DNA from: Mycoplasmoides pneumoniae FH | GTDB lineage: Bacteria > Bacillota_I > Bacilli_A > Mycoplasmatales > Mycoplasmoidaceae | Length of the DNA stretch: 32,000 bases | Reading direction: 5' to 3' | Assembly (NCBI RefSeq): GCF_001272835.1 | Contig: NZ_CP010546.1 | Span: 392,809-424,808 of the forward strand | In this document: positions 1-11,188 of the stretch, piece after piece | Position numbering within the stretch: position 1 is the first letter of the stretch | Layout of the letters: every line of letters begins with the position of its first letter | Position numbers and translations under genes: made by a program | The notes under the pieces: generated by a model | Seen by the model: only the letters and a program-made list of their open reading frames with translations | Told to the model about the DNA's origin: nothing | Database searches by the model: none

Positions 1-778
1 TAGCTTTTTTAAATAAAGTGAACGCTGAAGACCAAAACGGGGATAAAAACCAGTTTGCCCAAGCAATGGCATCACTCAATAAGCAAATTAACATGTTTTA
101 CGTGTTGAATGAAATTACCAACAAGGAACACAATTTGCCAACTAAATACGGTGCTTATTCTGATCAATTAAAAAAGGTCATAAACGAAAACTTTGAAAAG
201 ATAGAAAATAAGAAAAAGGAGATAGAGGAAAAACAAAATAAAGAATTTCAGGAAAACAAGAATGGTGCATCAAATAATCAAGACACAAAGCAAGACGCAC
301 AAAAAGGTGATACCAATACCCAAAGCACTGAGTTAAAAGCTCGTCAAGCACAACAAGTGCAAAAGGATCAACAAAATGACAGTAAAGGCAATACTGCTAC
401 AAACAGTGATACTGGTAAATCGGACAATAAAACCGATACCACTGAAGATGAAAAAAACACATATAAACCCTTAACAGCTAGGGAGAAAAAACCAAAATTA
501 AGGAGCTTACTAAGGACATCTTCTTCTCTACAGCGCAGAACTATTTGTTCTTAGTGCAAGGTGGGTATAACAACAAGTTGTTTGCTGGTGGTTTACCAGA
601 GCTCCACCAACGCTTCTTGTCAGACGTAGTGGTTGATTTCTCTGAGGAAAAACTCGTTTATGAAGTACAAGGTGAACCGATTGTATCCAGTGTAGCCACC
701 ATTGTGATTACCCTATTTTTAACAGTTGTTTTATTAGCTATTGCCTTTTTCTTCTTTAAATACCGCAACGTTAAATAG
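1..778 (+). pseudogene. 3' portion of a large membrane protein, paralogous to the C-terminal half of 1748..3973. The reading frame switches at an A6 tract.
   Basis: The ORF is already open at the window edge. The frame of nt 18 ends at TAG 552-554. The frame of nt 482 is open from 482 to TAG 776-778 and encodes KELTKDIFFSTAQNYLFLVQGG...YEVQGEPIV, a hydrophobic helix and KYRNVK. This aligns with AEDAFFNTASIWLSSPFLFFENG...YYVSGEPIV, helix, QKRDIK at the end of 1748..3973. Both frames are therefore coding and are joined near A6 at 486-491. Confidence 0.6.
486..491 (+). other. A6 homopolymer at the frame junction of the first gene
   Basis: The frame-of-482 stop TAG at 479-481 and the frame-of-18 stop at 552-554 bracket the shift. 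One extra A, or a -1 slip on AAA AAA, would give ...LTAREKKTKIKELTKDIFF... Confidence 0.5.
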
Positions 779-780
779 TT

Positions 781-1761
781 ATGTCTGTTACACCAATTGT
801 TGAAGTTAAACATTTAGAAAAGGAATTTGGTTTTTGACGCAAAAACCGTATCTTAAAGGATGTGAATTTTGCCATTATGCCCGGTGAGTTCCATGCCTTT
901 ATTGGTCAAAATGGTGCGGGGAAAACTACCACCATTAAGTGTTTAATTTCATCTTATCAGCGCTTTAAGGACGAAATTAACATCGATGGCATTAGCAATA
1001 AAAACGCCAAGTCTAAGGGTGTAATTAGTTATATCCCTGAATATGCTGTGTTTCCCAAACACCTCAATACCCATGAATACCTCTACACGTTGGGTAAACT
1101 GTCAGGTTGTAGTTTGCAAACCATTAAGGAAAAGGTTGATTACTGACTAGCACGTTTTCAAATTGAACACCTCCGCTTTAAAAAGCCAAATGACTTTTCT
1201 TCTGGACAAAAGAAAAAGGTTTTATTAATCCAGGCCTTATTTAATGATCCCAAGCTGTTAATCATGGATGAGCCCACTGCTAACTTAGATCCCAAAACAC
1301 GTAATGAGTTTATGGATGTGTGTTACGAACTTAATGTACGTAACAAGATGGCGGTGTTTGTTTCATCCCATATTTTGGCTGAATTGGAAAACTATTGTGA
1401 TTCGCTCACTGTTATTCATGAAGGGCAAATTCTTTTTAATGGCAAAACAAAGAACATTGCCAAAGACAACTTTGGTTACCGTTTAAAGGTTAACCATTCC
1501 GATAGTTTACGTAAGTGATTAAAAGCACAAAAAATTGCTTACAAGTATTTCCCTGCAACCGATGACTTTCAAGTTGACTTAAAACAAGAGCAATCCAACA
1601 AATTTGCAGTTGAGCTTTACCAACAACCTGACTTTGAGGTATTTATTTTTGCACGACAAGGCAACTCGTTGCAAAACATTTACAATAACCTAATTGAGCA
1701 ATACGAGTACGATCAAGCCCAGCGTGCTGTTGCTATCCGTGAACAAGATGAAGCTGTTTAA
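781..1761 (+). CDS. ABC transporter ATP-binding protein (326 aa after joining three track ORFs across TGA 835, 1144 and 1516)
   Basis: Walker A GQNGAGKTT, signature-like FSSGQKKKV and Walker B LLIMDEPT. ATG at 781 lies 2 nt after the upstream stop. The stop is TAA 1759-1761. Confidence 0.9.
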
Positions 1762-3973
1762 AAATTGAAGCGATGTTAACAACGTTAAACAACGGCAACT
1801 TTTACTAGCTTACTTCCGTTTTATCTTAAAACAGACCGTTAAATCTTGACTTTTATGAGTTACTGCTGGACTAGTACTGTTTTTACTGGCTTTAGTGCTG
1901 TTAATCATCCCCGCTTTCACCAAACAAGATCCTTTGTTTTTGTGATCACACCCAGTGGTGCAAATGTCGAGTTTAATCATTCCTTTCATTGCTCTGTTTG
2001 CCACCATTATTACCTTTCAAGTCTTTATTAATGGTTATTACAACGGTCTAGAGATCTTATTAATTACCCGCTTTTTTACTCGCGGTCGGTTATTCTTTGC
2101 TCGCTTAGCAGTCTTGTTTATTTGGATTACTGGCACGGCATTTTTAAGTGGTCTTTTTGTTAGTTTAACTGCTACTTTAGGTGCTACATCACAAACAGTT
2201 ACTGACCTTGTTTTAAGCGTCTTTTTTGGAGTGCTTTTACTTAGTTTATTGTTTAGCTGTGTCTTGATTATTATCGCGCAGTTTTTAAACCGCACCCAAA
2301 GTATGTTGTTGTTACTGTTAGGGGTTTCCCTAGCTAGCTTTACAACCGTTATCTTGGCCTTTTCAATTAAGCCACCGAGTGAAAATCTCCGTGATAATAG
2401 TTACCAACCACTAAACCTAAGTCTCATCAGTAAGTCTAAGTCCAAGGGTGTCGAAAATGTCTTTACCATCATTGACTCTTCAAATGTATCCGATCCGCGC
2501 AATAAAAAGAAATCGATTGTAAAAACCAATCCGCAAGCGATTTGGGATGAATATGGGGAGAGTAGCTTCTTTCAAAGCCAGTATTACTGGAATGTAGGGT
2601 ATTGAATTAACAGTCTGTTTCGGTTAAACAGCCTCAGTGATTACCGCAACTTTGATGTTAACCTCTATTTTTTAAACACTAAGCTTAATTTTGACAGGGA
2701 AGTAGATACTGATAAAATGGTCGACTTTGTTAGCTTTCGCGATCAAAGACACCTTTACTTTTTAAGTTATTCCTTTTTTATCAATACCCATAACCTGCCC
2801 ACACAACCGTTACCCCGGATTCTTACTTATGACAATAACGGTGCCTTTTTAGAGAAAATAGTCCCTTCCTTTGATGACATAAAACTAGATCCACCCCGGG
2901 TCAAAAAGGTTTACAAATTCTTTAGTGACACCATTATCCAGTCCTTCCGTGATTATGAAGCGGAGGAAAAAGAAAGGCAGGAAAAGGAAGAGAAAGAAAA
3001 GGCTGAAAAGGACAATGGCAACGGCCAGGATTCCAATAAAGTTAACTCTGTCAGCACGGAGCCTAACAATAAGAATTCATCAGATGCGGATTCTAAGGAT
3101 AACAATGATTCATCCGATTCCCAAGGCAAAGACTCAAGTAAGAGTAAGCCTAAGTTTAGACCTAGGCTGCCACAATTCTTTGATCGTGTTTCCATTAACT
3201 ACAGTAAGTTTTCCAGTAGCTTTAACACACAACTAAAACACATTCATCAAGGACTTTCTACCCGTGATGAGGCCATGGAAATCTTTAAAGATAAGGTAGC
3301 GTTATTTTATGCCCTATCAATGGCTTATGACAACTTTACTTTCCAAAAGGACAGTGGCATTATTGATAACACTAGCTTAAACAAATTTAAAACAGAGTTT
3401 AACAAGAAGCAAAAAGAGCTAACTGAAAAAAACAAGCAAAAACAGGACGGTAAAGACCAAAAGAGTCAAAGAATGACACAAGGTGCTGATAAAGCAGTCA
3501 CTGTTGAGCCAAAAGCTATGCAGTCTGAAATTGGAATGACTGATCAAACTAATGACCAAAGCAGTTCGGAAACAAAGGACAGCATGGATAGTTCAGACAG
3601 TAGTGATACTGTTGATAACACTGATGAATCAGAAGATAAACAAAGTGAAGAGGAGGAAAAGTTCGACGAGGAAATTGAGAATGCCAAAAAAATGCCTAAG
3701 GCTGAAGACGCCTTTTTTAATACTGCCTCTATCTGGTTGAGCTCACCATTTCTCTTTTTTGAAAATGGTGCAAAACGCGAACAACGATACGAAATCCATT
3801 TGCTCAATTCAAACACACAGGTTAATAACGAAATAATTAAAACTAACAGCTTTTATTACGTTAGTGGTGAACCGATTGTAGGCCAAGAAGTCATTATTGC
3901 AATGGTGCTGGTGGTAACACTAGGTCTGTTAGTTGGTAGTTTCTTCGCTTACCAAAAACGCGATATTAAGTAA
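1748..3973 (+). CDS. ABC-2-type permease-like membrane protein fused to a large low-complexity acidic/Ser-rich domain and a C-terminal TM anchor (741 aa)
   Basis: ATG 1748 overlaps the ATPase stop by 14 nt. The frame is continuous through TGA codons (1766, 1847, 1856, 1943, 2603) and joins track ORFs 1955..2605 and 2717..3973. The N-terminal third is multi-pass hydrophobic. The middle is rich in E, K, S, D and N. The C-terminal helix is IIAMVLVVTLGLLVGSFFAY. Confidence 0.8.
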
Positions 3974-5023
3974 TTAGTTTTTCTGTAACGACCTAACGTA
4001 CTTCAAGGTAATTTGGTAAGCTAGTTTTAAATCCTTTTTCGCTAGTTTAACCAAAGCGGTAATATCAATGCCTTTAGCTCACTCTTCATGAACGCGCATT
4101 GGTTCTAACTTATCCGCTAAGTAGATAATCATGTCTAGTTGACTCATCTTTTGTGGTGGTACAGTGTGGTTTCAAATAGCGCTAAAAACAGCACTATTAT
4201 TTAAACCATACCAATGCTTTAAAATGTATGCACCTACATAGCTGTGTAACACCTTTCAGCTAGGGTAATCATTTACACCCGCTACTTTGGCTAATTTCTC
4301 TAATTGTGCTTGGGGTAGTTGCTTTGCTAGATCATGGTAAGCACCAGCAGTATAAGCCGTTTTACCATCGAGTTTATTTGCCACTGCTAAAGTTTTAGCT
4401 AACTGACCAACGCGCAAACAGTGTTGCATGCGCGGTTCATCTAACAGTGTTTGCAAAATGGTTTTTAGATAAATGTTGTGTTGGTGGATATAGTGCAACA
4501 CCTTAGCGGGAATTTGTCGAAATTTATGACTACCAAACATTTCACTCGATGCCAAATCTAAAGGACACTTACCCAACAGTCGGACGTTAAACTGTTGTAC
4601 CAATTGTTCATCAATTGGATAACCGAAACGTTCATAACAGACAAAACGACAAAGTTTTTGTAACTGCTCAATGTTATGTCATTTGGCCAACTCGCTTAAT
4701 TTATCACTGCCAATTAAAAAGTACAACTCAGCATTGGGAAAGCGCTGCTTAAAGTGTTGTACTGTATTGAACGAAAAACCGTTTTGCGCTTTAATGTCAA
4801 AGTTAGATACTGCCATCTGAGGCAATGCTTTTAGCGCAACCCTTAACATTGCTAAACGTGCTTGATTAGATGCTTTAATCGGTGATTTAAAAAAGGCTTT
4901 AGCAGTTGGTACAAAGTAAAGCTTTTGTGCTTTAATGGCTTGTACAGCACGCTTAGCAATGTAGATATGCGCTTGGTGGAGGGGATCAAATGCACCACCA
5001 AAGATCACTATTTTTTTTCTCAA
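3974..5023 (-). CDS. nadD: Nicotinate-nucleotide adenylyltransferase (NadD) fused to a YqeK-type HD-domain hydrolase (349 aa)
   Basis: The N-terminus IVIFGGAFDPLHQAH is the nucleotidyltransferase (H/T)xxH motif. The frame continues through TGA at 4679, 4256, 4172 and 4079 into an HD domain (RMQHCLRV...GAYHDLAK). The start is TTG at 5023, with TAA three codons upstream. The stop is TAA 3974-3976. Confidence 0.85.
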
Positions 5024-5077
5024 AGAGCTTAAATTGTTTAATTCTAACTAAAATAATCCTGATAGCTACAGCCATTT

Positions 5078-6958
5078 GTGCTGTCCAGGTCCATGGTAAA
5101 AAAGGAACTAGAAATTTACAACCTCTATACTTTTCAAATAGACCTCGATAAAAAGCTTTTATTTGAAAAAGCAGATAATCAACAGAATTACTCTAAGATT
5201 AGAGCTCGTTATTTTAAAAATTCTGCACGTAATCAACAAGCAGTTTTTCTCAATAAAAACCTGATTAAAAACACTTTTAATAAGGCACTGTTAAACTTCT
5301 CGGATTTTTTGAGTGGTAGTGGTGTAGAGAGCATTTTTAAGCAGGTCATTGATGATCAACCTGAAGTTTTAAACTACCTCAAACAGGTCAAAAAGGAAGA
5401 TAGTTGCGATGGTCACAGCGAAGCGTCACAGTTAGTATTTAATGTAGTCATTAACCCTAAAAATACGCTCGCTAACTTCTTTGAGGAATTAACCATTTAC
5501 CTCCACTTTAATGAAGAGAACAGCACAGTTGTCGGAAGCTTTTCGTTAAAGTGAAACATTAAGCGTGCCGACCTGTTTTCAGAAACGAAAAATATTGCCA
5601 TTAACAATCTGATTCACACCTTCTGTAAAAACAACTTAAACGAGGTTAGCTTTATCCAGATCATTAAATGCTTTGCTAAAACACTGATTAATAAGCAAGG
5701 ACAAATTGTGTTGGAGAGTTGTGCCTTTAAGCAAAAATGACAAAACATCGTGGAGCAAAAGTACCCTTTTTCCACGATTCACAAAAACTTAAAGATTGTC
5801 AATTCTGATTTCTTTGATGCTTTTTTTGTGATCTTGTTGTTAATTTGTCACCTCAATAATAACTTGTTGTGGTTGTGTGAAAAAACTGAGCACTTTGAAT
5901 GAAAGCTCAACAGCAAGATTAGTAATTTCAAAGAAGATAACACTGAAGTGTACTTGTCGAAAATGCTGTTGTTTTTAAAGGACTGGTACTTTGAAAACCA
6001 AGCCGTTACTAATGAAGACATTGAAAAGGTTGATGAAGTGGAAGACATTGGTAAGTTAGTGGAAAAATACAGCGCTAATCAACCACAAAAGTTGTCTTCT
6101 AATTCAACCGTTTATGTATTTGAACCAGACAAAAAACAGTGCTTTTTAAAGAATGATGACTTTTTCAACACTAACGAAGCTAAGCTGTTGTTTTTAATCA
6201 CAATGCAACCCAATGTTTTTGGTCTGGATGATACTGCCATTGCCAATGACTTAAACCTAAGGGAAATTGGTGACTTCTTTAAGGAAATTGACTTTACTGA
6301 CAGCGATGTGCTCAATGACTTTCAACAACAAAAAGAAACTTTGTTAGTACGGCGTACCTTTAACCAACTGTTGTTTATGAACAGTAATACCGATGTTTTG
6401 AGTATTGTTAACAATAAGTTCAAATCAGCGATCCATAACATTGTCTGAACGATTACTTACAGTAAGGCAATTATGCTCAAGGCATTTGATTACTCCAAGA
6501 TCTTTGAGCAAAACCGCACTAACGATCCTTCTCTCTTGCGTTCTAACCTCAACAGCATTAACCGGCTGCGGTATCTCAGTGAATACTTCCGTACCGCTTC
6601 AGTTAAGTATGACCAGCTGTACACCAAGGTAAAGGAGTACATGCAATTAGATCAGTTCTTAGTAGACATGATTAACCAGGTCAACCATGAAGATGAGATC
6701 TTTGGTAAATACAAGGAACGGGTTTATTTGAGTTTGGGAATAGTTACTGCTGTTGTCTTTGGTATTATTGAGTTCTTTAACTGTGTTTGAACGGTTTTAA
6801 CAGTCAGTCAACAAACGGCTGAAAAAAGTTTAGCTGATCCAAGAAACACGGTAATTATTGGTATTGGTACTATCCTTGTTTTAACACTGTTAATTACCAT
6901 TTTAACCTTTATGACAAGACGGCTTTACCTGTTTGAATTTAACAAGAAGCATAAATAA
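5078..6958 (+). CDS. Conserved hypothetical protein with a large soluble N-terminal region and a C-terminal 2-TM hairpin (about 626 aa; MG241/MPN337-like from memory)
   Basis: I translated a single frame by hand from 5078 to TAA 6956-6958, reading through TGA at 5552, 5738, 5900, 6446 and 6788. It joins track ORFs 5078, 5948 and 6473. The start is GTG 5078 or ATG 5093. The C-terminus is GIVTAVVFGIIEFFNCVW...VIIGIGTILVLTLLITILTF followed by a basic tail. Confidence 0.75.
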
Positions 6959-6960
6959 AG

Positions 6961-8859
6961 ATGGAATTCAATAAGTTACAACTCAGTCACTGTATTTCCT
7001 TTTACATTTCAGACGTTTCGGAAGTGTTCTTTGAAAGTATTAACCAACACCCTAGTCGTGATTTTGTCAACAACATCCTGCAAAAGATTAAGAGCACTCT
7101 CAGTGAAGAGGAATTGGAAAAGCTCAACACCATTGAGGAAGTTACTAAGGATGAGAAAATTTTGATCATGCTCAACCATGTGTTGAAGAAGATTGTTTCT
7201 AAAACGGGTAGTTCTAGCTGTGACTTATTTCAAATAGTGAAACACGACCGCTTTAACGAGCCGGTTTACATCCAAAGTGTCAATGCCTTTGAAAACAATT
7301 TGATTAACAATGAATTTGCGGAAAGGCGGTATGACTATTTAATTGAAATTAATAAACACTCTTATTTAAGGAAGTATGTCAATGCCATTCGCATCTCCTT
7401 CTTTTTAGATTTAAGGGCGCAAATCTTGTCCGGTTCCTTTACTTTGGATGTGATTAACAAACAGTTGGAACACCAAAATAAGGAAGAGTTGTTCCAAGCG
7501 ATTTACTTACGCTCCTTAATTAAGCATTTTATCTCGAACCAACCTTACCCGATTTCCTTAAATTCGTTTATTTTTGGTGATAAAAACCGTGAAAACAAGA
7601 CGGTTGAAAACGACAAGCTTAGTGTGCTTAAAAACAATTGGAATCAAATCTTCTTTTCTAAGTACTTTGATTTTGTTGCCAAAAACAAAGAAGAGCGTGT
7701 TGTCGATAACAACTGCGATGAGCTGTTTTACGCCACCATGAACACGCTCTTGATTATGTTGATCATTATTGAAGAGCTCCGGGTATACTTCAACAGTAAA
7801 GAGCCAGCCTTAATCTTAAAGCTACTAGATAACAAGGTTTCACTGCGCGAAGACCCCGACCAAAATCCAGAAACTGATTTGCATGAGTTAATTAAGTTTG
7901 CTGAAAAGAATTACCTCGAAAAGGAAAAAACAAGTCGCTGACACAAAAAACGCGTCAAAAGCTTAGAAGAGTTACTAGAAGAAATTAAACAAATTAATTT
8001 AGAGACTAAAAACGAATCGTTAGCATACCCCGATGAAATTGTGGAATTAGAGTTAGATAACGTTCACAACTTTGTCTCTACTAAACAGGTTTTTCGTCAC
8101 CAGTTAGACTTACAAACTTTACATGGTATAGTCATCAACCCTGAGCGCTATGGTATTGGCATGTGGAGTAACCACTTTGTCGATTGGGAGGAGTTTAAAG
8201 ATTTAATTGAACAGATTACTGATGCTGAAAATGGTAGTGATCTCTATGGTTTTGAAAAGGACTTGGATGAGAGCATTTGCCAAGTTAACAAGAAGTACTT
8301 AACCTTTATTAGTAGTGACAGTAGCTCTTTCTTAATTATTAAGAATGACCAAACTAAGGTTATCTCTAATTATGTCTGGGCGCAACTGTACTTTGAAACG
8401 CGCCGGTGGATTATTAATGATATTGAATACGATCTGTATGAAAAGGGGTTTGACAAGAGCCACTTTGCTAGTAACATTGCCCTTTTAGAGAGCTTGAATT
8501 TTAACTGACTCGATCCCTTTTACGGATTGACCTCAATCAAGGAGATCATGCAAAAGATTGACAGTAAGAGTAATTTAAAAACATCGATTGCCGAAATGGT
8601 CGCTAAGTTTAAACACGAACAGCGCATCTCCAAAAAGGACAATGAGCGGGTGTTGATGATCTTTGCTTATGTAGCCGCTGCGGTAGTTGGTTTTATTAAC
8701 TTTTTTTCGATGGTGTTTACCATTCTTACAGTCAGTGATCTCAATGCTGGTCTCACCCCCGCTAACATTGTTGTTATTGCAATTGCGAGCTTATTGGCCT
8801 TATTTTTAATTGTTATTGCTGTTTTATTTCGGTTTAGGTGAAAGTACATTAAGCACTAA
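6961..8859 (+). CDS. Tandem paralog of 5078..6958, with a large N-terminal region and a C-terminal 2-TM hairpin (632 aa; MG242/MPN338-like from memory)
   Basis: One frame runs from ATG 6961 to TAA 8857-8859 through TGA at 7939, 8506 and 8839. It joins track ORFs 6961, 8041 and 8527. The C-terminus ERVLMIFAYVAAAVVGFINFFSMVFTILTVS aligns with ERVYLSLGIVTAVVFGIIEFFNCVWTVLTVS of the upstream gene. Confidence 0.75.
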
Positions 8860-9533
8860 TGCAGGTTAAAGTAATTGATGAAAACAGCAATACAACCGCT
8901 GTCCTTAACTGCGCTAAAGCGAAAACGCGAGCGCTAGCTTGGTTGTGTGATACAGTACTGTTAGCGATCTTACTCGCAATTATTTACGGCATTAGTAGCA
9001 TTTTCATCAAAGAACAGTCCAGTGTGTTTTTAATTATGACGGTAAGTCAAGCAGTCTTGTGGTTGACTTACTTTGTCATTTTACCGGGTTTATGGAAGGG
9101 CAAAACGCTCTTTCGTGCTTTACTGGGTTTAAGTTTACTCATCTTTAAAAAACGCTTTTGAAACCTCTTAGTGCACGAGCTTTTTCTGTGAGTATGGTAC
9201 TCAGTTATCTTTCTAGCACTAGCAATTTACTTTTTTGTCAACAGGGATGATCCGAAGATACTGCAAGCTTTTTTTGATAACCAAAACAGCAATCTTAGCT
9301 GGATATTTGTCAAAATCTTGCTAAGTGTTATTAGTGTCTTACAACTAGTATTTGTGGTGTATTTCTGTTTCAGCTCCCAAAAGCAAGCGTTGCAAGATTT
9401 GTTATCTAAGAGTTTTATGGTGCAAAAAACAATTAAAGTAAAGGATTGTAAAAGTGAATTGAAGTCCACTAACACTATAAAAACGCACTCTGATTTACCC
9501 GGCGACATTGATTTAGAACAATTAGGTGATTAA
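8859..9533 (+). CDS. Small polytopic membrane protein, possibly RDD family (224 aa)
   Basis: ATG 8859 overlaps the upstream TAA by 1 nt. The frame is continuous through TGA 9159 and 9189 and joins track ORFs 8859 and 9318. The N-terminus RALAWLCDTVLLAILL resembles the R...D start of RDD domains. This family call is weak. Confidence 0.6.
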
Positions 9534-9536
9534 GTT

Positions 9537-11126
9537 ATGGAACATTTAAATCAGGAACAGAAAGCTGCTGTTACTTGTGATAACGGTGTTAACGTGGTGT
9601 ATTCCGGTGCTGGCACGGGTAAAACAACCGTTATTGCTGAACGCTTTGCTTACTTAGTCAATGAAAAAGGCGTTAATCCTCAAAGTATTTTGGCCTTTAC
9701 CTTCACTGATAAGGCAGCGAGTGAAATGCGCCAACGCATTATTAAGTTAATTCCACAAAAAAGCTTGCAGGATCTGCACATCTATACCTTTCACAGTTTT
9801 GCCAACAGGTTTTTGCAAAAACATGGCAAAAGTGACTTTGCCATCTTGAGAGATTCTAACCGCTTCTTTAGTGATTATGAAATGGGTGATCAACTACAAA
9901 CAGTGGTGGAAATTTATAAAAACAAAGTAGTTGATTTAGAACTTGACAACCTAGAGTATAACTCCGCTTTTAGAGATGCTTGTACAGATACTTTTAACGA
10001 GGATTTTAGTACCATCTCCAATGGTCAGTTTCGTAAACGGGCTGCGACTGCTTTACGGGCTTACCAGAACTATTTAATTACCAATAACCTATTTGATTTT
10101 AGCGATTTAATTATTGAAACTTGCCACCTTTTAAAAGGTAATAGTGAATTGTTGCAAGCATTTACCGAAAGTGTGCATTATATCTTAGTAGATGAATTTC
10201 AAGACACTAACCTAGCCCAGTACGAATTGGTAAAGTTACTAGCTACAACTCATCCTAATCTCTTTTTGGTGGGTGATAGCAACCAGATGATTTACGGTTG
10301 GCGGGGTGCTGTTGTAGAGATCTTTGAACTTTTAAAAAATGATTTTCAAACAGTCAAAGAGTTTTATACCACCCAAAACTACCGCAGCAGCCAAGCGGTG
10401 TTAGCAGTAGCGAATGATGTACTAACCGCAATTGCTAGAAAAGAGAGGAAAGCGCTCGTGTTGTTGCACTCTAGCATTGATTCTAAAGCTGTACCGGTAC
10501 ACTATAAGGCCAATTCTTTGAAAAACCAAGACCAGTGGATTATTTACCAAATGAAACAGTTGCATTTAAACAATGGTGTACCTTATGATCAGATGGCGGT
10601 GTTATTTCGTAAGAATAAACACCTTGACGCTTTTAGTCAAACAGTGCTGGAAGATGGTGATTTACCTTTAGCTAAATTAAACCTTTTAACAATTCACGCT
10701 GCCAAGGGTTTGGAATTTGAGGCAGTATTTGTTTATGGCTTGGTTGAACGCGCTTTTCCTAGTTTGCACTGGGATGGAAGTGATAAGCACAAGTTACTAG
10801 AAGAAATGAAACTGTTTTACGTAGCGATTACTCGTGCTAAACAGTTTTTATTTTTAGTTTCTGTTAGTGTGGAAAGTTTCAATGCGTATTATGAGCCGTC
10901 ACGCTTTTTAAAACTAATTGAAAAGGAACATTTGCAAACACAAAAGGCAGCGTACTTTAAAGAACAATTAAAGACACAGCCAAAACCAGTTAATTTGTAT
11001 ACAGAGACAGAAAACGCGGAAAACTTACAAAAAGCCACTGACTCTAAAAAGTGAATTATTTTAGGGGCGATTCTTTTGATAATTGTGATTATTACCGCTG
11101 TGTTAAAACTTTTTGTTGAAAATTAA
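9537..11126 (+). CDS. UvrD/PcrA-like SF1 helicase, short form without a 2B domain, with a C-terminal hydrophobic tail (529 aa)
   Basis: Motifs [49 protein letters not shown] and YVAITRAK. After TGA 11052 the frame continues as WIILGAILLIIVIITAVLKLFVEN to TAA 11124-11126. Confidence 0.85.
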
Positions 11127-11188
11127 CATTTTATCCCTTTTTTATAACAGATTACACTAATTAAAAAAACAATCTTAAACCTAGTACT

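Noticed and set aside
2925-3816. Track ORFs 2925..3236 (+), 2953..3195 (-), 3544..3816 (-) and 3552..3740 (+) lie inside the permease gene.
   Set aside because: They are shadow frames of a low-complexity purine-rich coding stretch. Their products are repetitive (runs of S/L or K/R), and they overlap a longer ORF with paralog support.
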